This document shows positions 24,660 to 33,475 of a DNA stretch of 64,000 bases, one piece after another. Source of the DNA: Steroidobacteraceae bacterium (GTDB lineage: Bacteria; Pseudomonadota; Gammaproteobacteria; Steroidobacterales; Steroidobacteraceae); assembly GCA_035556135.1 (NCBI GenBank), contig DATMFO010000002.1:35156-99155 (forward strand). The letters run 5' to 3'. Under the pieces are notes generated by a model. It was not told the origin of the DNA and made no database searches. It worked only from the letters and a program-made list of their open reading frames with translations. The position numbers and the translations under genes were made by a program. Numbering within the stretch: position 1 is the stretch's first letter; every line of letters begins with the position of its first letter.

Positions 24660-27086
24660 GTGAAGGCAGCAGGAGTTTTGGCATCGCTCGCGGGCATGCT
24701 CGCGGGCGCCACCGCGCTGGCGGCCGCGCCGCATGGTGGCAATGAACCCTGGGGCCTGCTCGACGAATACTGCGTCGATTGCCACAACAGCACCGACTGG
24801 GCGGGCCAGCTCGCGCTCGACCTCGTCGATCGCTCCGCATCGGCGGTTCCCGAAGAAGCGCAGACCTGGGAGAAGGTGATCCGCCGCATGCGCGGCAGCC
24901 TGATGCCGCCGCCGGGCCAGCCGCGTCCCGCCGCCGCGGAGTCCGCGGCCTTCGTGCAATGGCTTGAAGGTCGCATCGACGAGGCGGCGCAGAAACATGT
25001 CGAGCCGGGCCATGTGCCGCTGCATCGCCTGAACCGCCGCGAATACACCAACGCCGTGCGCGAGCTGTTCGAGCTTGAGTTCGATCCCACTTCGCTGCTG
25101 CCGCAGGATGATCTTTCCGACGGCTTCGACAATGTGGCCAAGGTACTGCAGGTTTCGCCCACCTTCCTCGACCAGTACCTGGCCGCAGCGCGCAGCGTGG
25201 CGCTGCAGGCGGTGGGCAATCCCGACCAGCGGCTGGTGGGCACGCCCTACAACAACCCGGTGCCTGGTCCACAGCACAACCATGTGGATGGACTGCCTTT
25301 CGGCACGCGAGGCGGGTTCGCCGTGGACCATATCTTCCCGGCGGACGGCGAGTACGAGCTCAACATCAACAACATGGCGCGTGCGCTGTGGGTGGAGGGG
25401 ATGGAGTTCGAGAACACGCTGGTGGCCCTTGTCGACGGCGTGAAGATCTATGAGACGCGCCTGGGCGGCGAGGAAGACCAGAAGGCCATCGACCAGAAGG
25501 GCGATGCGCCAGTGGATGCCATCAATGCGCGGCTGAAGAACATCCGCTTCCATGCCAGGGCGGGCCAGCACCGCGTGGTGGTCACTTTCCGCGCACGCAG
25601 CTATGCGGAGTCGGATGCGCGCCTGGCCTCATTGATTCCCGGTGGTGGCGAGGAGCGGGTGCTGAAGGTGAATTCCTTCGAGATCCGCGGGCCGTTCACC
25701 ACTGCTGGCGTCAGTGATACACCCAGCCGCCAGCGCATCTTCACCTGCTACCCGAAGTCGGTGGCAGAGGAGCAGGCGTGCGCGGAGAAGATCGCGGCCA
25801 ACATCGCGCGCCGCGCCTTCCGTCGGCCTCTGCGCGAGGGTGAGGTGGAGCACCTGATGCAGGCATTCCACTCCACCCGCAGGGACACCAGCTTCGACCA
25901 GGGGGTGCGCGGCCTGCTCACGCGCATCCTGGCGAGCCCTGATTTCCTGTACCGCGCGGAAGAACCGCCGGCGGGTGCGAAGCCTGGCGATGTGTTCGCC
26001 ATCAGCGACCTGGCGCTGGCCTCACGGCTGTCGTTCTTCCTGTGGAGCAGCCTGCCGGATGACGAGCTGCTTACCGTGGCTGCGGCAGGCAAGCTTTCCG
26101 GCGACGCGGAGCTTTCACGCCAGGTGCGGCGCATGCTCGCCGATCCAAAGGCTGCGTCGCTGGCACGCGATTTCGCCTTCCAGTGGCTGGGGCTGGGCAA
26201 GCTGGCCGATATCGAGCCGGACCCGAACGTGTTCCCCTATGCCGCCGCCCAGCGCGACATCACCGGTGATCCACGCGAGGACCTGCGCGAGGAAGTGCGG
26301 CTGTTCGTGGATGACGTGTTCCGCAATGACCGCAGCGTGCTCGACCTGATGCAGGCCGACTACACCTGGCTCAACGAACGGCTGGGTGTGCACTATGGCG
26401 TGCGCGACGTGAAGGGCTCGCATTTCCGCCGCGTGAAGCTGACCGATCCGAACCGCTTCGGCCTGCTGGGCAAGGCCGGCGTGCTGATGGTCTCTTCCTA
26501 TCCCAACCGTACCGCGCCGGTGCTGCGTGGCGCGTGGATCCTCGACAACATCACCGGCACGCCACCCACGCCGCCGCCGCCCGGCGTGGAGGCACTGAAG
26601 GAGCCTGAGGTGGGCGGCAAGGTGCTGTCCATGCGCGAGCAGATGGTTGCGCATGCCACGCAGAAGAACTGCCACTCCTGCCACGGCGTGCTCGACCCGC
26701 TGGGCCTGGCGCTGGAGAATTTCGACGGCGTGGGTCGCTGGCGCGAGAAGGATCGCCTGGCCGGCACGCGGATCGACGCCTCCGGCGTGCTGCCCGACGG
26801 CACGCCCGTCGACGGCCCGGTGGACCTGCGCAAGGCGCTGATGCGCAATCCCGACCAGTTCGTGCAGACGCTGGTCACCAAGCTGATGATCTATGGCACC
26901 GGCCGGCCGATGGAGTGGCAGGACATGCCCACCATCCGCGCCATCGTGAAGCAGGCCAGGGCCGATGACTACCACTTCGCTGTGCTGCTCACCGCCATCG
27001 TGAAGAGCGCGCCGTTCCGCATGCAGCAGGTTCCCGCAGACGAAAAGCAGCCCGCGATCCGGGCCGCTGCCACAGCTCCCCAGTAG
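24660..27086 (+). CDS. DUF1592/DUF1595/DUF1587/DUF1588/DUF1585-architecture protein with two CxxCH motifs
   Basis: GTG start and signal-like N-terminus. YCVDCHN at residues 37-43; NCHSCHGVLDPLGLALENFDGVGRWR near residue 670; SRLSFFLWSSLPDDEL. All are typical of this family as I remember it. Confidence 0.8.
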   Translation: MKAAGVLASLAGMLAGATALAAAPHGGNEPWGLLDEYCVDCHNSTDWAGQLALDLVDRSASAVPEEAQTWEKVIRRMRGSLMPPPGQPRPAAAESAAFVQWLEGRIDEAAQKHVEPGHVPLHRLNRREYTNAVRELFELEFDPTSLLPQDDLSDGFDNVAKVLQVSPTFLDQYLAAARSVALQAVGNPDQRLVGTPYNNPVPGPQHNHVDGLPFGTRGGFAVDHIFPADGEYELNINNMARALWVEGMEFENTLVALVDGVKIYETRLGGEEDQKAIDQKGDAPVDAINARLKNIRFHARAGQHRVVVTFRARSYAESDARLASLIPGGGEERVLKVNSFEIRGPFTTAGVSDTPSRQRIFTCYPKSVAEEQACAEKIAANIARRAFRRPLREGEVEHLMQAFHSTRRDTSFDQGVRGLLTRILASPDFLYRAEEPPAGAKPGDVFAISDLALASRLSFFLWSSLPDDELLTVAAAGKLSGDAELSRQVRRMLADPKAASLARDFAFQWLGLGKLADIEPDPNVFPYAAAQRDITGDPREDLREEVRLFVDDVFRNDRSVLDLMQADYTWLNERLGVHYGVRDVKGSHFRRVKLTDPNRFGLLGKAGVLMVSSYPNRTAPVLRGAWILDNITGTPPTPPPPGVEALKEPEVGGKVLSMREQMVAHATQKNCHSCHGVLDPLGLALENFDGVGRWREKDRLAGTRIDASGVLPDGTPVDGPVDLRKALMRNPDQFVQTLVTKLMIYGTGRPMEWQDMPTIRAIVKQARADDYHFAVLLTAIVKSAPFRMQQVPADEKQPAIRAAATAPQ

Positions 27087-27098
27087 AGGATGACCGCC

Positions 27099-28409
27099 AT
27101 GTTCATCACCAAGAAATACCTGGATCGCCGCACCGTGTTGCGGGGTGTCGGGGCTTCGGTGGCGCTGCCGCTGCTGGATGCCATGGTGCCCGCCGCCACC
27201 GCGCTGGCGCAGACGGCGGCCGCGCCGCGCATCCGCATGGGGTTCGTGTATTTCCCGCATGGGGCGGTGATGCAGCACTGGTCGCCGGCGAAGACCGGCA
27301 CCGATTTCGAGCTGACGCGCATCCTCGAGCCGGCCGCGAAGCACAGGAAGTCGATGACCATCGTCAGTGGCCTGCGCAACAAGGGCGGCGAGAGCAACAC
27401 GCCACACGCCATCATCGCCGGCACCTGGCTGGGCTGCGTGAAGCCGGCCGTCAGCCACGACCCGAAGGCCGGCACCACGGTGGACCAGATGGCCGCCAGG
27501 GTGCTGAGCGCGGACACGGCGTTTCCCTCGCTGGAACTGTCGACCGAGGGCGGGGCGGTGTGCGATCCGGCCTATGGCTGCAGCTATGGCCACACGGTGG
27601 CGTTCCGCTCGCCCACGCAGCCGCTGCCCATGGAATTCAACCCGCGCAAGATCTTCTACCGGCTGTTCGGCCAGGGCGATACCGCCGACGAGCGGGCCCG
27701 CATCACGGTGGAGAACAGCAGCATCCTGGATGCGGTGACCGAGGATGCCGCCCGACTGCAGGCCCGCCTGGGCGCGCGCGATCAGGCGGCGCTGGCCGAC
27801 TACCTGGACTCCGTGCGTGAGATCGAGCGGCGCATCCAGAAGATCCAGACCGAGGGCATGGGCGGCGTGGAGCTGCCGGATGCGCCTGCCGGCGTGCCGG
27901 CCTCCTTCGAGGAGCACCTGAAGCTGCAGTTCGACCAGATCGCGCTGGCCTGGCAGGCCAACCTCACGCGGGTGTCCACCTTCATGATGGCGCGCGAGGT
28001 GAGCATGCGCACCTACCCGAACCTCGACATCTCCGACGCCTTCCATCCGCTCTCGCACCACCAGGAGAACGCGCAGAAGATCGACAAGCTGGTGAAGGTG
28101 CAGAACTTCCACACCAAGGTTTTCACCGGCTTCATCGACAAGCTGGCGGCCACGCCTGATGGGGAAAACTCGCTGCTGCACAACTCCATCGTGCTGTTCG
28201 GCAGCAACATGTCCAACAGCGACAAGCACAACAACGATCCGCTGCCCTCGGCGGTGTTCGGCCATGCGGGCGGCAGGATCAAGGGCGGGCAGCACCTGAA
28301 GTATCCGCAGAACACCCCGCACGCCAACCTGCTGCTCACGCTGCTGGACCGCGCCGGGGTGCCGGTGGAGCAGGTGGGCGACAGCACCGGCAAGTTCGCG
28401 GAGATCTGA
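27099..28409 (+). CDS. DUF1552 domain protein, Tat-exported
   Basis: MFITKKYLDRRTVLRGVGASVALPLLDAM and HPLSHHQ. GAGGA lies 8 nt before ATG 27099; an alternative ATG lies at 27090. Confidence 0.8.
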   Translation: MFITKKYLDRRTVLRGVGASVALPLLDAMVPAATALAQTAAAPRIRMGFVYFPHGAVMQHWSPAKTGTDFELTRILEPAAKHRKSMTIVSGLRNKGGESNTPHAIIAGTWLGCVKPAVSHDPKAGTTVDQMAARVLSADTAFPSLELSTEGGAVCDPAYGCSYGHTVAFRSPTQPLPMEFNPRKIFYRLFGQGDTADERARITVENSSILDAVTEDAARLQARLGARDQAALADYLDSVREIERRIQKIQTEGMGGVELPDAPAGVPASFEEHLKLQFDQIALAWQANLTRVSTFMMAREVSMRTYPNLDISDAFHPLSHHQENAQKIDKLVKVQNFHTKVFTGFIDKLAATPDGENSLLHNSIVLFGSNMSNSDKHNNDPLPSAVFGHAGGRIKGGQHLKYPQNTPHANLLLTLLDRAGVPVEQVGDSTGKFAEI

Positions 28410-30076
28410 TGAAGGCGTTCAGGTTGCTGCTGGCCGCGCTGCTGCTGGCGCCGGTGGTTGCGCTTTCTTCTGTGCGGGAGGAGGCCAACCGCCAGCTGTT
28501 CGAGGCGCTGCGTGCGCAGGATCCGGAGACGGCGCTGTATGCGTTGCAGTCCGGGGCTGATGCCCGTGCGCGCGAGCCCGATGGCACCACGCCGCTGCAC
28601 TACGCCGCGCATTACGGCGACGTGCGCACGGTGACGGCGCTGCTGAAGGCGAAGGCAGACCCGAACGCAGAGAATGAATTTGGCTCAAAGCCGCTGGCCG
28701 AAGCGGCAACCAGTGGCAATGCCCAGGTGATTCGCCTGTTGCTGAAGGCCGGCGCCGAGGTGGAGGCCGTCAATCCCGAGGGGCAGACCGCATTGATGGT
28801 GGTGGCCCGCTCAGGCCGGATCGATGCCGCGAAGCTGCTGCTGAAAGCCGGCGCCGACGTGAACGCGCGGGAGAAGTGGGCCGAGCAGACCGCGCTGATG
28901 TGGGCTTCTGCGCAGGGCCATCCGGAGATGATCCGCCTGCTGGTGAAGAGCGGCGCGAAGGTGGACGCGCGCGGCGCCACGCGTGAGTGGGCGCGGCGCA
29001 TCACCTCGGAACCACGCCCCAAGGGCATGAACCGGGGCGGCTTCACGCCGCTGCTCTATGCAGCCCGCGAAGGCTGCATGGAGTGCGCACGCGAGCTGCT
29101 CAAGGCCGGCGCCGACATCGACCTGCCGGACCCGGATCAGAGCACGCCTTTGCTGGTGGCGCTGATGAACCTGCATTTCGACTTCGCGCTGTTCCTGATC
29201 GGGCAGGGCGCGGACGTGGATCGCTGGGACCTCTACGGCCAGACGCCGCTGTACGTGGCCATCGACATGAACACCCTGCCCAAGGGCGGGCGGCCGGACC
29301 TGCCGAGCGCGGACTTCACCACGGGACTGCAGGTGGCCGAGGCATTGCTGGCGAAGGGCGCCAACCCGAACATCCCGCTGAAGCTCAGGCCGCCGTACCG
29401 CAATTACATATTCGACCGTGGTGGGGACCAGGTGCTCTCCACCGGCGCCACGCCGCTGCTGCGCGCGGCCAAGGGCGGCGACGTTGCGGCCGTGAAGCTG
29501 CTGCTGGAGCATGGCGCTGACTACAAGTTCCCGACCGAAGCGGGCGTCACGCCGCTGATGGCTGCGGCCGGCAATGGCCACGGCGCCAATCCCACCCGCG
29601 GGCGTTACAAGACAGATGCGCAGGCCGCTGATTGCGCGCGCCTGCTCATTGCTGCCGGCGCGGATGTGAACGAGGCCACGCGCACGCGCGTGGCGCCGCT
29701 GCACAGCGCGGCGGGCAAGGGCTGGAACGAGACGATAAAGGTGCTGGCCGCCGCGGGTGCGGACCTGGAGATGGCCGACAGCAGCGGGTTGCGTCCCATT
29801 GACCATGCCGCCGGGCGTACCGCGCGCGGGTTCCTTGAGCCTGAGACCGAGGCGAAGAAGGAGACCATGCAAGTCCTGCGTGACCTGATCTTCGCGAAGA
29901 CCGGGCGCGAGCCGCTGGAGTTCACGCCGCCGCCGGCGGGGCAGGGTGGTGCAGGTGGTGGCCGTCGTGGCGGAGGTGGGGCTCCGGGTGCGGGCGGTCC
30001 GCCGGGCGCAGGCGGTCCCGCTGGCGGCCCACCGGGCGCAGGTCCTGCGGGCGCGCCGGCCCCCTCAGGCCGCTGA
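28409..30076 (+). CDS. secreted ankyrin-repeat protein with Gly/Pro-rich C-terminal tail
   Basis: ATGA overlap with the upstream stop. Signal peptide MKAFRLLLAALLLAPVVALSS. At least 10 repeats of the TPLHYAA..G....V..LL..GAD.N type. The tail is GGAGGGRRGGGGAPGAGGPPGAGGPAGGPPGAGPAGAPAPSGR. Confidence 0.88.
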   Translation: MKAFRLLLAALLLAPVVALSSVREEANRQLFEALRAQDPETALYALQSGADARAREPDGTTPLHYAAHYGDVRTVTALLKAKADPNAENEFGSKPLAEAATSGNAQVIRLLLKAGAEVEAVNPEGQTALMVVARSGRIDAAKLLLKAGADVNAREKWAEQTALMWASAQGHPEMIRLLVKSGAKVDARGATREWARRITSEPRPKGMNRGGFTPLLYAAREGCMECARELLKAGADIDLPDPDQSTPLLVALMNLHFDFALFLIGQGADVDRWDLYGQTPLYVAIDMNTLPKGGRPDLPSADFTTGLQVAEALLAKGANPNIPLKLRPPYRNYIFDRGGDQVLSTGATPLLRAAKGGDVAAVKLLLEHGADYKFPTEAGVTPLMAAAGNGHGANPTRGRYKTDAQAADCARLLIAAGADVNEATRTRVAPLHSAAGKGWNETIKVLAAAGADLEMADSSGLRPIDHAAGRTARGFLEPETEAKKETMQVLRDLIFAKTGREPLEFTPPPAGQGGAGGGRRGGGGAPGAGGPPGAGGPAGGPPGAGPAGAPAPSGR

Positions 30077-30099
30077 AGAAGAATCTGCCCTCGACGGTA

Positions 30100-30118
30100 G
30101 GAAGCCGGGGCGGCTTCC
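30100..30118 (+). terminator. hairpin GGAAGCCG-GGG-CGGCTTCC after the ankyrin gene
   Basis: An 8-bp GC-rich stem 24 nt after the stop. The T-run is weak (GATTAGAAT). Confidence 0.4.
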
Positions 30119-30144
30119 GATTAGAATGCCGCCCCCTCCAGAAC

Positions 30145-30220
30145 GTCCCCATCGTCTAGAGGCCTAGGACATCGCCCTTTCACGGCGGTAACCGGGGTTC
30201 GAATCCCCGTGGGGACGCCA
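30145..30220 (+). tRNA. tRNA-Glu (anticodon UUC)
   Basis: GTCCCCATCGTCTAGAGGCCTAGGACATCGCCCTTTCACGGCGGTAACCGGGGTTCGAATCCCCGTGGGGACGCCA. Closely resembles E. coli tRNA-Glu. Confidence 0.93.
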
Positions 30221-30257
30221 TTCCGGGCCGCACCGGTGCCACGCGTTGGCGCGGGAT

Positions 30258-31118
30258 TCAGTCCGCCGGCGAATAGAAAGCCGTGAGCACGGCAGTCGAG
30301 GCCAGTGCGGCGCCAATCAGGATGATTTCCGCCACCACAGTCGCGTTGAAGGCTGCCGCAGCGCGTGGTGCGCCGGACTTCAGCGCCGGCCCGTAACGCC
30401 AGCGATTGAGCGCTGCGAGCAGCATCAGGATGGAAAACAGCCCGATCTTCAGCAGAAGCAGTCCGCCATAGGGTGTGGCCAGATTGCTCCAGTTCCCGAG
30501 GAGCAGGATCGCCAGGGCCAGGCCGGCCGTCGCAAGCAGCGGTACGATCTTCACGGCAAGTCGGGAAAACGCCTCGACGATTCGGCCCACAGTCTGTGAG
30601 GGCTCCTGCACGGCGATGCGGCGCAAGGGCAGCAGCGATCCGAACCAGAAAGCCACCGCTGCGATGTGGATGAAAAGGAGGGCCCCGAGGAGCCACTGCG
30701 GAGAGTGCGTGGTGGTGTGACCGGCTTGAGTGAAGGCAAACAGGACCAGCGTGGTGCCGGCCAGGGTGACGAAGCGCTCGAGGTGCGCCGGCGGGGAGAA
30801 TCCGATGACCAGCAGTATCAGCCCGCTGGCGCGCCAGGCGAAAGCACTCGCAAGGGGAGAATCAAGGACGATGTCGCGCAGGCCTGAATCCGCGATGGCG
30901 CCCAGCTCGCCACCCAGGCGTGCAGGCTCCAGCACGAAGTGGCCCGCGACGAGGATCAGGGCCGCAAGGGCAGTTGCAAGTCCGGTACGACGTAGCGCCG
31001 CGATAGTGGCTGCCGCAAGTCCGCGCTGGAACAGGGCGAGGAACACCGCCATCCCGGCTGCCTGGAAGATGGCGATGAAACCCAGCGCCCGCAGGATGAC
31101 CGATACACCATCGATCAT
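30258..31118 (-). CDS. copD: copper resistance protein CopD family (8-TM membrane protein)
   Basis: A multi-TM protein directly downstream of copC. LRALGFIAIFQAAGMAVFLALF...HIAAVAFWFGSLLPL. Confidence 0.8.
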   Translation of the reverse strand: MIDGVSVILRALGFIAIFQAAGMAVFLALFQRGLAAATIAALRRTGLATALAALILVAGHFVLEPARLGGELGAIADSGLRDIVLDSPLASAFAWRASGLILLVIGFSPPAHLERFVTLAGTTLVLFAFTQAGHTTTHSPQWLLGALLFIHIAAVAFWFGSLLPLRRIAVQEPSQTVGRIVEAFSRLAVKIVPLLATAGLALAILLLGNWSNLATPYGGLLLLKIGLFSILMLLAALNRWRYGPALKSGAPRAAAAFNATVVAEIILIGAALASTAVLTAFYSPAD

Positions 31119-31127
31119 CCGACGGCC

Positions 31128-31523
31128 TCAATGCTTGTGTGAGGAGTGATCGATCTCTGGCGCCGCACCGGGAGCAGCCTTGCCGCCCACCGTGAAGCTG
31201 ACCTTGCCATTGATCACGTGGCCGTCGGCGCCGACCAGGCGATAGGTGAGCGTGTAGCGCCCGTTCTCGAGCTTCGGCGCGGCGACCTTGGCCTCTGCGC
31301 TCGCTGCTGTCGGCAAGCCGGTGATCTTCTGCTCCGCACCACCCTCCTTCTGCACGCTGAGCGCGGTCAGGCGCGCCGGCTCCGAAAAGCTCAGCATGAA
31401 CGCGGCCGGCGCGGTCTCCACGGTGCTGCCGTCAGCCGGAACCGACGCCTTCAGTTTCGTATGCGCGAATGCCGGGCTGGCGAGCGTCGCGGCAATCAGC
31501 ATGGTCGTCATCAGTCTCTTCAT
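31128..31523 (-). CDS. copC: periplasmic copper-binding protein CopC
   Basis: The mature N-terminus begins with His after the signal peptide (SPAFA|HTKLKASVPADGSTV). Includes YRLVGADGHVINGKVSF. GGAG lies 6 nt before ATG 31523. Confidence 0.85.
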   Translation of the reverse strand: MKRLMTTMLIAATLASPAFAHTKLKASVPADGSTVETAPAAFMLSFSEPARLTALSVQKEGGAEQKITGLPTAASAEAKVAAPKLENGRYTLTYRLVGADGHVINGKVSFTVGGKAAPGAAPEIDHSSHKH

Positions 31524-31603
31524 CGTCATCTCCAGTCCGCCGGGTGGACGTGCGCAACAGCATCCATTTTGGCATCCATTTCCATCCAATATAGGATCGG
31601 TGC

Positions 31604-32029
31604 ATGAATACGGCCACGATTTACCACAACCCCGCCTGCGGGACCTCCCGCAACACGCTGGCCCTGATCCGCAATGCCGGCATCGAGCCCACAATCATCG
31701 AGTACCTGCGCACGCCATTGACCCGGGAGCAGCTGGCGGCGCTCATCACCGCCGCGGGCCTCAGCGTGCGGGAAGCGCTGCGTGAGAAGGGAACGCCTTT
31801 CCATGAGCTGGGTCTTGGCGATCAATCCCTCACCGACGGTCAGCTGCTGGATGCAGTAGTGACGCACCCGATCCTTCTCAATCGTCCCTTCGTGGTCACT
31901 TCGCTGGGAACGCGGCTGTGCCGGCCCTCGGAGCTGGTGCTGGACATCCTGCCGCAGCCACAGCGGGGATATTTCGCCAAGGAGGACGGCGAGGTGGTGA
32001 TCGATGCCGGGGGTCGCCGCGCCCGTTGA
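31604..32029 (+). CDS. arsC: arsenate reductase, glutaredoxin-coupled ArsC family
   Basis: IYHNPACGTSRNTLALIR catalytic-Cys motif, 141 aa. Confidence 0.9.
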   Translation: MNTATIYHNPACGTSRNTLALIRNAGIEPTIIEYLRTPLTREQLAALITAAGLSVREALREKGTPFHELGLGDQSLTDGQLLDAVVTHPILLNRPFVVTSLGTRLCRPSELVLDILPQPQRGYFAKEDGEVVIDAGGRRAR

Positions 32030-32039
32030 GGACTTGTCC

Positions 32040-32081
32040 TTTCTATAAGTCCTGACTAATATTAGTGGAAACTTATAGAAA
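32040..32081. promoter_or_regulatory. nested perfect palindrome TTTCTATAAGT-CCTG-ACTAATATTAGT-GGAA-ACTTATAGAAA, candidate ArsR/SmtB operator
   Basis: 11-bp perfect arms enclose a 12-bp perfect palindrome in an AT-rich patch, 10 nt upstream of the SRPBCC-ArsR operon. Confidence 0.6.
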
Positions 32082-32091
32082 AGGATGACCC

Positions 32092-32724
32092 ATGACTGTG
32101 GAAGTCGCCCATCACCTCGGCGCCGTGCGGCGCTCTGTCCGGTCGCTGGAGCGGGACGGCAGGCCCGCGCGCGCCGTGATCCTCACCCGCACCTATGACA
32201 CGGACCAGGCCGATCTCTGGAACGCACTGACCAGCCCGGAGCGCCTGCCACGCTGGTTCCTGCCCGTAGAAGGGGACCTGAAACTGGGCGGTCGCTACCA
32301 GTTGAAGGGCAATGCAGGCGGCACCATCACCGACTGCGAACCGCCTGCACACCTGGGGCTGACGTGGGAAATGCGGGGCCAGGTGAGCTGGGTTGAAGTG
32401 CGCCTGGAGAGGGAATCAGCCACCCGCACGCGCTTCACGCTGACGCACACGGCGCCGCTCAGCGACTTCTGGAAGCAGTTCGGCCCGGGGGCCGTGGGCG
32501 TGGGTTGGGAACTGGGGCTGATGGGGATGGCCCTGCACCTGGCTGATCCCGCAGCGAAGTTCGATGAGGTGGCATTCGCCGCATCGCCGGAATCGAGGGT
32601 CTACATGACGGGCAGCAGCGAGAAGTGGGGTGAAGCCGCGATCGCAGGCGGCGAGGATCCTGACCAGGCGCGTGCGGCGGTACGCAACACCACAGCGTTT
32701 TATACCGGCCAGCCGCCTGCCTGA
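32092..32724 (+). CDS. SRPBCC superfamily protein (Aha1/AHSA1-like domain)
   Basis: DLWNALTSPERLPRWFLPVEGDLKLGGRYQLKGNAGGTITDCEPPAHLGLTWE. Commonly paired with ArsR regulators. Confidence 0.75.
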   Translation: MTVEVAHHLGAVRRSVRSLERDGRPARAVILTRTYDTDQADLWNALTSPERLPRWFLPVEGDLKLGGRYQLKGNAGGTITDCEPPAHLGLTWEMRGQVSWVEVRLERESATRTRFTLTHTAPLSDFWKQFGPGAVGVGWELGLMGMALHLADPAAKFDEVAFAASPESRVYMTGSSEKWGEAAIAGGEDPDQARAAVRNTTAFYTGQPPA

Positions 32725-33059
32725 TGCACGCGCTGGACGTCCTCGGTGATCCAGTCCGCCGGCGCATCCTGGAGCTGCTGGCGCAGAGTGAGCATGCCTC
32801 GGGGCAGATCGTCGAGGTGGTCGGCCGGGAATTCGGCATCACGCAGGCGGCTGTTTCGCAGCACCTGAAGGTGCTCAGGGACAACGGCTTCGCGCGCGTT
32901 CGCCCCGAGGGCACACGCCGCGTCTACGCGGTGGAGGTGGCGCCACTGCAGGAGATCGACCAGTGGCTGGAGATGTTCCGCAGCCACTGGGAGCCGAAGC
33001 TGGATGCACTTGCCACGGAGGTGGCGCGCGGCAAGCGGCAACGGCAGCGAAGGGGCTGA
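32724..33059 (+). CDS. ArsR/SmtB family transcriptional regulator
   Basis: ATGA overlap with the upstream gene. LGDPVRRRILELLA...GQIVEVVGREFGITQAAVSQHLKVLRDNGF. Confidence 0.88.
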   Translation: MHALDVLGDPVRRRILELLAQSEHASGQIVEVVGREFGITQAAVSQHLKVLRDNGFARVRPEGTRRVYAVEVAPLQEIDQWLEMFRSHWEPKLDALATEVARGKRQRQRRG

Positions 33060-33072
33060 TCCCGCGTCGCCC

Positions 33073-33390
33073 TCAGGTCGCCTTCGCCTTGCGCAGGCGT
33101 TCGCTCTCCCGCTTGATCGGCTTGGACACCGGGCAGACCTCCTGCAGGTAGCCATTGAGCGTATTGGCCAGGTTGTCGCGCACCAGGCTGTAGTGGATGA
33201 ACTGCCCGCGCCGCTCGCTGCTGATCAGGCCGGCGTTCTCAAGCACCGACAGGTGCTTGGACACCGAGGGCTTGGAGATCTCGAAACGGTCGGCGATTTC
33301 CCCGGCCGTGAGGTCGGTGGCCGACAGGTACGCCAGGATCTTCCGCCGCACGGTGGAGGAGAGAGCCTCGAAAACCTTGTCCAGTGACAT
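33073..33390 (-). CDS. ArsR/SmtB family transcriptional regulator (second copy)
   Basis: LSSTVRRKILAYLSATDLTAGEIADRFEISKPSVSKHLSVLENAGLI. Confidence 0.88.
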   Translation of the reverse strand: MSLDKVFEALSSTVRRKILAYLSATDLTAGEIADRFEISKPSVSKHLSVLENAGLISSERRGQFIHYSLVRDNLANTLNGYLQEVCPVSKPIKRESERLRKAKAT

Positions 33391-33393
33391 GGG

Positions 33394-33417
33394 AGTTATT
33401 TAGCCTATTGAATAACT
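33394..33417. promoter_or_regulatory. inverted repeat AGTTATT-N10-AATAACT, candidate operator of the second ArsR
   Basis: Read directly in the AT-rich divergent region between 33390 and 33476. Confidence 0.45.
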
Positions 33418-33475
33418 ATCAAAATGAGAGGAGTATTTATCCAGTAAGCTAACTATACAACAAAGGGAGCCTGTC

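Noticed and set aside
26115-28322. 735-aa minus-strand ORF antisense to the DUF1592 and DUF1552 genes
   Set aside because: No recognisable motifs and extreme Arg/His/Gly/Ala composition. The plus-strand frames carry signal peptides and family motifs.
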